Under the pieces are notes generated by a model. It searched no databases and was not told where the DNA came from. It saw only the letters and a list, made by a program, of their open reading frames with translations. 64,000 bases of DNA from positions 114,529 to 178,528 of the forward strand of contig DULN01000002.1 in the NCBI GenBank assembly GCA_012840355.1, read 5' to 3'. A program made the translations under genes and the position numbers. Positions within the stretch are counted from its first letter, which is position 1; each line of letters opens with the position of its first letter. Shown piece by piece: positions 19,010 to 31,571 of the stretch. The stretch comes from Clostridiales bacterium (GTDB lineage: Bacteria > Bacillota > Clostridia > Oscillospirales > CAG-272).

Positions 19010-19038
19010 CCAATATCATAACGAAAGGACGGAAAACG

Positions 19039-20718
19039 ATGGAGTTTATCGAAAGGACACTTGGTCAGCAGCTAGATTATATTGCAAATAGGTTTCCGGA
19101 TGTGGAAGCTGTCGTTTTTGAGGATACTGTCGGAGGGGAAGAGATCATATACCGGCGCACATACGCCGAGTTTGCCGCCGACTGCGAGCGAGCGGCGCGC
19201 GCTTTATATGCGCTTGGGATTCGGCCCGGTGACCATATCGCGATTTGGTCGACAAACTGCCCCCAGTGGCTGCTCACGCTTTTCGGCGCCGCGAAAATCG
19301 GCGCGGTGACCGTTACCGTCAACACCGCCTACAAAATCCACGAGGCAGAGTACCTTTTCCGCCAGTCGGATTCAAAGATGATCGTCTGCTGCGACGGCTA
19401 CAAAGACGTATCTTACATAGACATAATCTATCAGCTTTGCCCTGAGATTAAAACGCAGGACAAAAGCTCGCTCGATTGCCGCGCGCTGCCGATGCTGAGG
19501 ACCGTCGTGACGTTAACGAAAGATACCTACCCGGGCATGTATAACTGGAACGAGATTCTTGCGCTCGCCGATACGGTCGACGAGGCGGAGTATCAGGCGA
19601 CTGTTGCAAATTTAAACTGCCACGATGTCGTAAATATTCAGTATACCTCGGGAACGACCGGCTTTCCAAAAGGCGTAATGCTCACGCACTACAATATATT
19701 AAATAACGGCAATTCAATCGGCGATTGCCTAAAGCTCACCGAAAAAGATAGGCTTTGCATTTCGGTGCCGCTTTTCCACTGTTTTGGGCTGGTTTTGGCG
19801 ACGCTTGCCTGCGTGACGCACGGCTCAACAATGGTGCTTGTGCCGTATTTCAGCCCGCTGAAAGTGTTAAAGACGCTAGAGAGCGAGCGTTGCACGGTCT
19901 ACCACGGCGTTCCAACGATGTTTATCGCGCTGCTCGAGCATCCGGAGTTTAAAAATTTCAAGTTCTGCCTGCGCACCGGTATTATGGCAGGCTCGCCATG
20001 CCCGATAAAGACGATGAGAGAGGTAATAGACGTGATGGGCATGCGCGAAGTGACGATAACTTACGGTCAGACCGAAGCTTCGCCTGGCTGCACGATGACC
20101 GTTACCGACGACCCGATAGAAAAGCGCGTGAATACCGTCGGCAGGCCGCTGCCCGGCGTCGAGGTAAAAATAGTCGACACCTCAACCGGCGAGGAGATTA
20201 CCGAGCCCGGCAAGATTGGGGAAATCTGCGCGCGCGGGTACAATGTGATGAGAGGGTACTACAAAATGCCCGAGGCGACTGCGCAGGCGATTGACAAAGA
20301 CGGTTGGCTGCATACCGGCGACCTCGGCTGCCGCGACGAGGACGGGTACTATAAAATCACCGGCCGCATAAAGGATATGATAATCCGCGGGGGCGAAAAT
20401 ATCTATCCGAAAGAAATTGAGGACTTTATACACACCCACCCAAAAGTAAAAGACGTGCAGGTTATAGGCGTACCGTCAAAAATTTACGGCGAGGAAATTA
20501 TGGCTTGCATAATACCCAAGGAGGGTGCTATAATTGACCCAGAGGAGATAAAAGAGTACGTCCGCTCGCACATGGCGAAGCACAAAACGCCTTCGTATGT
20601 CAAAATAGTCGACAGCTTCCCGATGAACGCCTCAGGCAAGGTGCAAAAATATAAGCTCCGCGAAGCTGCGATTGAAGAGCTCGGCCTTGGCGAAGCGGCT
20701 GCAATCGAAACTGCGTGA
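19039..20718 (+). CDS. AMP-dependent acyl-CoA synthetase/ligase (ANL superfamily, medium-chain/ACSF2-YngI-like)
   Basis: 559 aa from MEFIERTLGQQLDY. Motifs present: YTSGTTGFPKGV, TYGQTE and GWLHTGDLG...GRIKDMIIRGGENIYPKEIE. The ORF-track start at 18832 lies inside the T-box leader and was rejected. Confidence 0.85.
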   Translation: MEFIERTLGQQLDYIANRFPDVEAVVFEDTVGGEEIIYRRTYAEFAADCERAARALYALGIRPGDHIAIWSTNCPQWLLTLFGAAKIGAVTVTVNTAYKIHEAEYLFRQSDSKMIVCCDGYKDVSYIDIIYQLCPEIKTQDKSSLDCRALPMLRTVVTLTKDTYPGMYNWNEILALADTVDEAEYQATVANLNCHDVVNIQYTSGTTGFPKGVMLTHYNILNNGNSIGDCLKLTEKDRLCISVPLFHCFGLVLATLACVTHGSTMVLVPYFSPLKVLKTLESERCTVYHGVPTMFIALLEHPEFKNFKFCLRTGIMAGSPCPIKTMREVIDVMGMREVTITYGQTEASPGCTMTVTDDPIEKRVNTVGRPLPGVEVKIVDTSTGEEITEPGKIGEICARGYNVMRGYYKMPEATAQAIDKDGWLHTGDLGCRDEDGYYKITGRIKDMIIRGGENIYPKEIEDFIHTHPKVKDVQVIGVPSKIYGEEIMACIIPKEGAIIDPEEIKEYVRSHMAKHKTPSYVKIVDSFPMNASGKVQKYKLREAAIEELGLGEAAAIETA

Positions 20719-20740
20719 GCGGGAGGAATCTGCTTTGAAA

Positions 20741-21553
20741 ATGAAACTTTCCTTTTCGACGCTCGGCTGCCCCGACTGGGACCTTAGCGAGGTGGTAGCC
20801 GTCGCGGCCGACCTTGGGTATAACGGCATCGAGATCCGCGGTGTGGGCGAGGAAATCTACGCGCCGCGCGTCCGCGAGCTTTTGCCCGAGCATGCGGGCG
20901 AGCTTCTCGAAAAGCTCCGCGCCGCAAAGCTCACTATACCTATTCTCACCTCCGGGGCATATCTTGCTAATAACCCCGATATAGCTGCAGCCGAAGCCGA
21001 GGTCAAAGACTATGTAAACCTTGCCGCAAGGCTCGGCGTACCATACGTCCGCGTGCTCGGGGAGGGGACTCCCGAGCCGGGCGGCAAGGTCGACAAAGAT
21101 GACGTTATAGCAAGGTTTAAATCGCTTTGCGAGTATGCCGAAAATTTCGGGGTAACACTTCTTGTCGAAACTAACGGTTGGCTTGCAGGTTCAAATCACA
21201 TGCTTGATTTTATAAAGCGCGTCTGCATGCCTAATGCCGGCGTGCTGTGGGACGTCCACCATACAGTGCGGTTTTTCGGCGAGCGCCCCGCGGCGACCGT
21301 CGAGCGGCTTGGCAGATACATAAAGCATGTGCATGTCAAAGACTCGGTGCAAAAGCCGGACGGTAAAATAATGTATGTGCTCACAGGCTACGGCGACATA
21401 CCTATTGAAGATGCGTATAAAGCGCTATCGGCTATAGGCTATGAGGGTTTCTATTCATACGAGTGGGTAAAGCGCTGGGCAAGGGAACTCGACGAGCCTG
21501 GCGTGGCATTCTACAAATATATCAGCTACATGCGCGGAATTGAAGGCGACTAA
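20741..21553 (+). CDS. xylose-isomerase-like TIM-barrel protein (sugar phosphate isomerase/epimerase family)
   Basis: MKLSFSTLGCPDWDL...GYNGIEIRG...LLVETNG...HVHVKD...YSYEW is the pattern of the AP-endonuclease-2/IolE-like fold. It starts 22 nt after the ligase stop; TTG 20735 is an alternative start. Confidence 0.75.
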   Translation: MKLSFSTLGCPDWDLSEVVAVAADLGYNGIEIRGVGEEIYAPRVRELLPEHAGELLEKLRAAKLTIPILTSGAYLANNPDIAAAEAEVKDYVNLAARLGVPYVRVLGEGTPEPGGKVDKDDVIARFKSLCEYAENFGVTLLVETNGWLAGSNHMLDFIKRVCMPNAGVLWDVHHTVRFFGERPAATVERLGRYIKHVHVKDSVQKPDGKIMYVLTGYGDIPIEDAYKALSAIGYEGFYSYEWVKRWARELDEPGVAFYKYISYMRGIEGD

Positions 21554-21589
21554 AGAGCCGCTAAAGCTGCGTATTAGGTAAAATACTGG

Positions 21590-21632
21590 CAAAATAAAAA
21601 ACAGCACCCTGCATCGGGTGCGTTTTTTATTT
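21590..21632. terminator. bidirectional terminator between the TIM-barrel gene and rpsT
   Basis: GCACCC (21604-21609) pairs with GGGTGC (21616-21621). AAAATAAAAAA lies upstream and GTTTTTTATTT downstream. Confidence 0.8.
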
Positions 21633-21673
21633 CCGACACAAAATTTCGGACACTGCCGTGCAAGCGTGCGCCC

Positions 21674-21946
21674 TTACTGGGCGGCTCGCATCGCGTTAAG
21701 CGCGCGGGTGAAACGGCTCTTTTTGCGTGCCGCGTTGTTTTTAGCGATTATGCCCTTAGTGGCGGCGCGGTCGATTTTCGCAATCGCAACTTTATACGCG
21801 GCTATTGCGGCATCATAGTTGTTGGCCTGCACCGCGGCGAGGAACTTCTTTATAGCCGTTTTCATGGCGGACTTCGTCATCCTGTTGCGAAGCGTCCTCT
21901 TTGCCGTCAGCAAAACGCGCTTTTTCGCCGATCTCGATTTCGGCAA
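21674..21946 (-). CDS. rpsT: 30S ribosomal protein S20
   Basis: TTG start gives MPKSRSAKKRVLLTAKRTLRNR, the canonical S20 N-terminus. An AGGAGG SD lies 8 nt upstream. The ORF-track GTG at 21955 abuts the SD. Confidence 0.9.
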   Translation of the reverse strand: MPKSRSAKKRVLLTAKRTLRNRMTKSAMKTAIKKFLAAVQANNYDAAIAAYKVAIAKIDRAATKGIIAKNNAARKKSRFTRALNAMRAAQ

Positions 21947-21991
21947 TGCCTGCACCTCCTGTCGCTCGATAAAAATTTAGTCACAATGTTT

Positions 21992-22020
21992 ATCATACCA
22001 CAATTTAGGGTCAAAAGCAA
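21992..22020 (-). promoter_or_regulatory. probable sigmaA promoter for rpsT
   Basis: The minus strand reads TTGCTT, a 17-nt spacer, then TGgTATGAT. Confidence 0.45.
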
Positions 22021-22073
22021 TATCTTTTTACATCTTTTTAGTTGTTAAATTATTGTAAAATTTATTGTTCCGG

Positions 22074-22102
22074 TTGACAAACTTTGCGATTTATGTTATA
22101 AT
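22074..22102 (+). promoter_or_regulatory. consensus sigmaA promoter with extended -10 upstream of rpoB
   Basis: TTGACA (22074-22079), a 17-nt spacer, then TGtTATAAT (22094-22102). Confidence 0.8.
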
Positions 22103-22504
22103 TATAACCTGCACGATTAAAATCCGGGGCAGGCCCGCGGAAAACACCTTTTTGGAGCCGGCCCGGAAATCAGCGTGGTAAGCTGGTTTTTGCAAATCCT
22201 GCCTTATGAATAAAAATATCGGTAAAGGCTCTTTTCGGGAGTAAGATGTAACAAAGTTACCGGATCGCACAGTTGAGCGGCGGCTTTGCCGAGCCGGAGT
22301 GCGAGAGGGTAGCTTTGTCATGTTGCGCCCGAATTTTAGTTTTAGTACAGGCGACTGTCCATACATCTTGTCATCGTGCGGGGAGTTTTACGCGAGATGT
22401 AGCACGCGGGTTTTGACGCAAGCGACACATCGCGGCATTATCCCACGACATCTGGTATCCGGGGACAGCACAAAACTTTAAAATCGAACGGAGTGATTTT
22501 TCGC
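22103..22504 (+). promoter_or_regulatory. long (about 400 nt) untranslated leader of rpoB-rpoC
   Basis: No credible ORF lies between the promoter and the rpoB ATG at 22505; the two ORF-track hits lack an SD and have implausible composition. Several GC-rich inverted repeats are present. Confidence 0.55.
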
Positions 22505-25500
22505 ATGGTCAAACCCGTGAAGCTCGGTCGAGTTACTCGAATGAGCTTTTCAAAGATCGACGACGCGCTCGAGATGCCGAACCTCATTGAGGTACAGAAG
22601 AAGTCTTACAAGTGGTTTCTTGACGAGGGCCTCATGGAGGTGCTTCGCGACGTCTCGCCGATTACGGACTACTCGGGCAACCTTTCCATCGAGTTTGTAG
22701 GTTATCACCTTGACCCCACGCCGAAATACTCGGTGGAGGAATGCAAAGAGCGCGACGTCAACTACGCGGCGCCACTGCGTGTTACCGTGCGCCTGCACAA
22801 CAAAATCACGGGTGAGCTATTAGAGCGCGACATTTTCATGGGCGATTTCCCGCTCATGACCGAAAACGGAACGTTTATTATCAACGGCGCGGAACGCGTA
22901 ATCGTGTCGCAGATTGTGCGTTCCCCTGGCATATATTATGCGTCGGAACTCGATAAATCGGGCAAGCGTCTTTATACCGCCACCGTCATTCCTTACCGTG
23001 GGGCATGGCTTGAGTATGAAACCGACTCGTCCGACGTTTTCTATGTCAGAATCGACAAAAACCGCAAAATCCCAATAACAGTGCTTATCAGGGCGCTCGG
23101 CGTGGAATACGATGCGGATATTATAGCGCTGTTTGGCGACGATGTGAAAATCACCGCGACACTTGAGCGCGACGACTGCCAGATAGAAGCCGACAAAAAC
23201 GGCACGACGCCCGGCGACGAGGCGCTCAAGGAGATTTACAAGAGGCTGAGGCCCGGAGAACCCCCGCTTGTTGAGTCGGCACAAATTCTTATAAATAACC
23301 TGTTTTTTGACACAAAGCGTTACGACCTTGTGGCGGTCGGCCGTTATAAGTTCGACAAAAAACTTTCACTCGGCAGCCGCATAGAAGGCGGGAAACTCGC
23401 CCGCCCGGTCGTCTCGCCCATAACAGGCGAGCTTTTGTTTGACGCCGGCGAGCTCATTAACCGGCAGAAAGCGATGGCTATAGAGCACGCGGGCGTCAAT
23501 GAGGTCTACCTTGACATCGGCGACGGGCGCGAGCTTAAAGTGTTCTCAAACGGCATGGTTTACCCTGCCGACGTGCTTGGGTACGACCTTACCGAGATTG
23601 GCATCCGCGAGAAAGTTAAGCTCTCGGTGCTGCTTGAGATATTCGAAAAGCACGGGTCCGACCGCGAGGCTTTGCTTGCGGAATGCAAACAGCGCATCCA
23701 CGAGCTTGTGCCGAGATATATAACGAAAGACGACATTTTCGCCTCGATTAACTACCTTGTCTGCCTTTCGCACGGCGTAGGGTACGAGGACGATATCGAC
23801 CACCTTGGCAACCGCCGCCTGCGCTCGGTCGGCGAGCTGCTTCAGAACCAGCTGCGCATCGGGTTTTCAAGGATGGACAAGATTGTTAAAGAGCGCATGA
23901 CAATCCAGGAAAATGAGTCGGTAACGCCCGAGCAGCTTATAAATATCAGGCCGATCCTCACTGCGATACGCGAGTTTTTCGGTAGCTCTCCGCTTTCGCA
24001 GTTTATGGACCAGTCAAACCCGCTTGCGGAGCTGACACACAAGCGCCGTATCTCGGCGCTCGGCCCCGGCGGCCTTTCGCGCGACCGCGCGTCGTTTGAA
24101 GTGCGCGACGTACACTACACGCACTACGGCCGCATGTGCCCTATCGAGACCCCGGAAGGCCCGAACATCGGCCTTATCTCGTACCTTGCGACCTATGCGA
24201 GAATCAACGAGTATGGTTTTATTGAAGCCCCGTACCGCAAGATAGACAAAGCAACCGGCGTGGTGACAAACGAGATTGTCTACATGACCGCCGACGAAGA
24301 GGACAATTTCGTGATCGCGCAGGCGAACGAGCCTCTTGATGAGAATGGCAGGTTTAAAAATAAGCGCGTTACGGCACGCCACCGCGCCGAAATTATAGAG
24401 GTCGACGCGTCCGAAGCCGACTTTATGGACGTGTCGCCGAAGATGGTGGTGTCCGTCGCCACCTCGATGATCCCGTTCCTTGAAAACGACGACAACTCCC
24501 GCGCCCTCATGGGCTCGAACATGCAGAAGCAGGCGGTACCGCTGCTCGTCACCGATGCGCCGATTGTCGGCACCGGCATGGAATATAAAGCCGCTATCGA
24601 CTCGGGCGTAATGGTGATGGCTAAAGAGAGCGGCGTTGTCGAGCGCGTGGCTTCCGACGAGATAGTTATACGCGAGGACAGCGGGAAAAAGACCACATAT
24701 AAGCTTATAAAGTTCAAGCGCTCGAACCAGGGCACCTGCATTAACCAGCGCCCGATAGTCAACGTCGGCGACAGGATCGAAAAAGGCGACGTCATCGCCG
24801 ACGGCCCCGCGACCTGCAACGGCGAGATAGCGCTCGGCAAGAACGTGCTCGTCGGATTTATGTCGTGGGAAGGATATAATTACGAGGACGCGGTCCTTAT
24901 AAACGAAAACCTCGTACGCTACGACACATACACGTCGATACACATAGAAGAGTATATTCACGAAGCGCACGACACAAAGCTCGGGCCTGAAGAGATAACG
25001 CGCGAGATACCGAACGTAAGCGAGGACGCGCTAAAGGACCTTTCGCCGGACGGTATTGTGCGCAAAGGCACGGAGGTTCGCGCCGGCGACATTCTGGTCG
25101 GCAAGACCACGCCCAAAGGCGAGACCGAGCTTACCGCCGAGGAGCGGCTGCTCCGCGCGATATTCGGCGAGAAAGCGCGCGACGTGCGCGACACGTCTTT
25201 GCGGCTGCCTCACGGCGAGTCCGGCATTGTGGTAGACGTTAAAGTCTTCTCGCGCGAGAATGGCGACGAACTGCCGCCCGGCGTCAACAAATCTGTGCGC
25301 GTCTATATCGCTCAGAAGCGCAAGATCTCGGTTGGCGACAAGATGGCGGGCCGCCATGGTAACAAAGGCGTCGTGTCGCGCATACTGCCGCCCGAAGACA
25401 TGCCTTTCCTTGCGGACGGCACGCCGCTAGATATAGTCTTAAACCCGCTCGGCGTCCCGTCGCGAATGAACATTGGGCAGGTGCTTGAAGTGCACCTTGG

Positions 25501-26218
25501 CATCGCGGCAAAAAAACTCGGTTGGCTGGTGGCAACGCCGGTGTTTGACGGCGCGACCGAGGACGATATAATAGAGTGCCTAAAGCTGGCGGGCATGGAC
25601 GAGAGCGGTAAAGTAACGCTTTACGACGGCCGCACCGGCGAGCCGTTCGACAATCCCGTCACTGTCGGCATCATGTACTACCTCAAGCTGCATCACCTCG
25701 TTGACGACAAAATTCACGCGCGCAGCACCGGCCCGTACTCGCTCGTCACCCAGCAGCCGCTGGGCGGCAAAGCGCAGTTCGGCGGCCAGCGCTTCGGCGA
25801 AATGGAAGTTTGGGCGCTCGAAGCGTATGGCGCGGCGTATACGCTGCAGGAGATACTCACCGTCAAGAGCGACGACACTACAGGGCGCGTTAAGACCTAT
25901 GAGGCTATCGTCAAAGGCGAAAGCATTCCGACGCCCGGCGTGCCCGAATCGTTCAAAGTGCTTGTCAAAGAGCTTCAGTCGCTATGCCTTGACGTGCGCG
26001 TGCTCGACAAAAACGGCAACGAGATCGAGCTGTCGACGCTTTCCGACGAGCCGATGGAAGCGCCGACGTATGTCGCCGAAGAGGATATCGGCGAGGCAGT
26101 CGACGACACTGCAACATCCGACGGCATGTATGAGGAAGAAGCCGAGGATGAGATATTCGATGAAGACGCCGATCTTGACGATATCGAACTCGACGACGAC
26201 GAGAGCTTCGATGACTGA
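22505..26218 (+). CDS. rpoB: DNA-directed RNA polymerase subunit beta
   Basis: [39 protein letters not shown] is the canonical N-terminus, and conservation continues throughout. A 46-aa acidic tail ends the protein. Confidence 0.97.
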   Translation: MVKPVKLGRVTRMSFSKIDDALEMPNLIEVQKKSYKWFLDEGLMEVLRDVSPITDYSGNLSIEFVGYHLDPTPKYSVEECKERDVNYAAPLRVTVRLHNKITGELLERDIFMGDFPLMTENGTFIINGAERVIVSQIVRSPGIYYASELDKSGKRLYTATVIPYRGAWLEYETDSSDVFYVRIDKNRKIPITVLIRALGVEYDADIIALFGDDVKITATLERDDCQIEADKNGTTPGDEALKEIYKRLRPGEPPLVESAQILINNLFFDTKRYDLVAVGRYKFDKKLSLGSRIEGGKLARPVVSPITGELLFDAGELINRQKAMAIEHAGVNEVYLDIGDGRELKVFSNGMVYPADVLGYDLTEIGIREKVKLSVLLEIFEKHGSDREALLAECKQRIHELVPRYITKDDIFASINYLVCLSHGVGYEDDIDHLGNRRLRSVGELLQNQLRIGFSRMDKIVKERMTIQENESVTPEQLINIRPILTAIREFFGSSPLSQFMDQSNPLAELTHKRRISALGPGGLSRDRASFEVRDVHYTHYGRMCPIETPEGPNIGLISYLATYARINEYGFIEAPYRKIDKATGVVTNEIVYMTADEEDNFVIAQANEPLDENGRFKNKRVTARHRAEIIEVDASEADFMDVSPKMVVSVATSMIPFLENDDNSRALMGSNMQKQAVPLLVTDAPIVGTGMEYKAAIDSGVMVMAKESGVVERVASDEIVIREDSGKKTTYKLIKFKRSNQGTCINQRPIVNVGDRIEKGDVIADGPATCNGEIALGKNVLVGFMSWEGYNYEDAVLINENLVRYDTYTSIHIEEYIHEAHDTKLGPEEITREIPNVSEDALKDLSPDGIVRKGTEVRAGDILVGKTTPKGETELTAEERLLRAIFGEKARDVRDTSLRLPHGESGIVVDVKVFSRENGDELPPGVNKSVRVYIAQKRKISVGDKMAGRHGNKGVVSRILPPEDMPFLADGTPLDIVLNPLGVPSRMNIGQVLEVHLGIAAKKLGWLVATPVFDGATEDDIIECLKLAGMDESGKVTLYDGRTGEPFDNPVTVGIMYYLKLHHLVDDKIHARSTGPYSLVTQQPLGGKAQFGGQRFGEMEVWALEAYGAAYTLQEILTVKSDDTTGRVKTYEAIVKGESIPTPGVPESFKVLVKELQSLCLDVRVLDKNGNEIELSTLSDEPMEAPTYVAEEDIGEAVDDTATSDGMYEEEAEDEIFDEDADLDDIELDDDESFDD

Positions 26219-26322
26219 GGAGAAGCTGGCTTGAAAATTTTAGAGAAAGGGAAAGACAAAGGCGCGGAGGGCAAAAGCGTTCATGCCCACGCGTCCCCTC
26301 GCGCCTTTGCGTGATGCTTGTG

Positions 26323-30045
<3,723 letters not shown>

Positions 30046-30063
30046 TTAAAAATGTAGCACTCG

Positions 30064-30104
30064 GGAGCTTCCGGCAGAGGGTAACTGCTCGGAAGCTCCT
30101 TTTA
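30064..30104 (+). terminator. rho-independent terminator after rpoC
   Basis: GGAGCTTCCG (30064-30073) pairs with CGGAAGCTCC (30090-30099), followed by TTTT. Confidence 0.85.
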
Positions 30105-30237
30105 AGGATATAAGGCATAAATTGTAAGTAACCGCTGCAAATGAGGTTATAAGGTGACATAACACCGCAAACGCCCAATGCCGATGCGTCGGGGGTTGTG
30201 CGGTTTGCTGAAAATTTTCATCGGTTTTTCATAGGAC

Positions 30238-30267
30238 TTGACAAAATCTTTATTGCAGTGGTATACT
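30238..30267 (+). promoter_or_regulatory. sigmaA promoter for the rpsL-rpsG-fusA-tuf cluster
   Basis: TTGACA (30238-30243), an 18-nt spacer, then TGgTATACT (30259-30267). Confidence 0.7.
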
Positions 30268-30422
30268 ATGTTGTATTTTCATGCGAGATACGTGTTGTTT
30301 TTCATGGCAAAAATAATATAGACGCTTATAGTTAGTCAAAACCAGAAAAGTTGCCTGAATTTAACCGGCCTCCATGGGAAATATAACTTTATATTATAAA
30401 TTTTCGAAGAAGGAGGAATGAC

Positions 30423-30839
30423 ATGCCAACCTTTAACCAGCTTGTAAGGCACGGCCGGCAGACCACGGCTTACAAGTCCAAGTCTCCTCTGATGCAGAAA
30501 GGCTTCAACAAGCTTATAAACAGGCCTTTCAATCAGAGCTCCCCGCAAAAGCGTGGCGTATGCACGTTTGTCGGCACAAGAACGCCGAAGAAGCCGAACT
30601 CTGCGTTGCGTAAAGTCGCAAAGGTTAGGTTGACCAACGAGCTTGAAGCGATAGCTTATATCCCAGGCGAAGGTCACAACCTGCAGGAGCACTCGGTAGT
30701 GCTCATCCGCGGCGGCCGTGTCCGCGACCTGCCCGGCGTGCGTTACCACATCATACGCGGCGCGCTTGACGCGGCGGGCGTTGAGGGGCGCAAGCAGGGC
30801 CGTTCCAAATACGGCGCTAAGGCCGAAAAGAAAAAATAA
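30423..30839 (+). CDS. rpsL: 30S ribosomal protein S12
   Basis: [15 protein letters not shown]...[17 protein letters not shown]... Confidence 0.97.
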   Translation: MPTFNQLVRHGRQTTAYKSKSPLMQKGFNKLINRPFNQSSPQKRGVCTFVGTRTPKKPNSALRKVAKVRLTNELEAIAYIPGEGHNLQEHSVVLIRGGRVRDLPGVRYHIIRGALDAAGVEGRKQGRSKYGAKAEKKK

Positions 30840-30985
30840 TTTGCAAAATTTTATTAGTTTTGTCACGTTGCGGTTAACGAAGATTTATAATATAATTTTA
30901 TATATCCTGTTAACCTCTCCGTGCGCAACGAAACTTAGGTTTCGAGTACCTGTGATAGCATTTTCATAATGAAGGAGGGAAGAAA

Positions 30986-31456
30986 GTGCCGAGAAGAGGT
31001 AGAGTGCCTAAAAGAGATGTTCTGCCGGACCCGGTATACAACTCCAAGCTGGTTACAAAGCTCATCAACAATATAATGATTGATGGCAAAAAAGGAGTTG
31101 CACAGAAAATCGTCTATAAAGCCTTTGAGATAGTCCAGCAGAAGACAGGCAAGGACCCGATAGAAGCGTTCAACGCGGCGCTGGAGAATATAATGCCTGT
31201 TTTTGAGGTAAAGGCAAGACGTGTGGGCGGCTCCACATACCAGGTTCCCGTGGAGGTTCGGCCGGAACGCCGCCTGACACTTGGCCTGCGTTGGCTGCGC
31301 ACATACTCGCGTTTGCGCGGCGAACGCACAATGGCTGAGAAGCTCGCAGCTGAGATAATCGATGCCATGAACAACACCGGCGGCGCGGTCAGGAAGAGAG
31401 ACGAAACGCACAGAATGGCCGAAGCCAACAAGGCGTTTGCTCACTACAGGTATTAA
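30986..31456 (+). CDS. rpsG: 30S ribosomal protein S7
   Basis: GTG start 8 nt after GGAGG, giving [28 protein letters not shown]... Confidence 0.97.
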   Translation: MPRRGRVPKRDVLPDPVYNSKLVTKLINNIMIDGKKGVAQKIVYKAFEIVQQKTGKDPIEAFNAALENIMPVFEVKARRVGGSTYQVPVEVRPERRLTLGLRWLRTYSRLRGERTMAEKLAAEIIDAMNNTGGAVRKRDETHRMAEANKAFAHYRY

Positions 31457-31571
31457 TTCATAATTTCGATAGATAAAAAATACACTAGCAAACCATACTA
31501 CTATAGATTAATGCATTTTTCCTCCCCATGGGAGGGGATTGGCTGGTTAGAAATAAGGAGAAGAAAAATTA

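Noticed and set aside
18832-19038. N-terminal 69-codon extension of the acyl-CoA synthetase ORF given by the ORF track
   Set aside because: The extension covers Stem II/III, the T-box core and the terminator of the riboswitch. The conserved enzyme N-terminus begins at MEFIERTLG (ATG 19039), downstream of the terminator.
22091-22481. Two ORFs (91 aa on the minus strand, 60 aa on the plus strand) inside the rpoB leader
   Set aside because: They have no SD and an odd composition, they overlap each other, and the 91-aa one overlaps the rpoB promoter. The region is treated as non-coding leader.
24014-24970. 318-aa ORF antisense within rpoB, plus several other 80-250-aa antisense or out-of-frame ORFs in rpoB and rpoC
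   Set aside because: These are shadow ORFs of a strongly conserved gene. They show no start context and an Arg/His/Val-rich nonsense composition.
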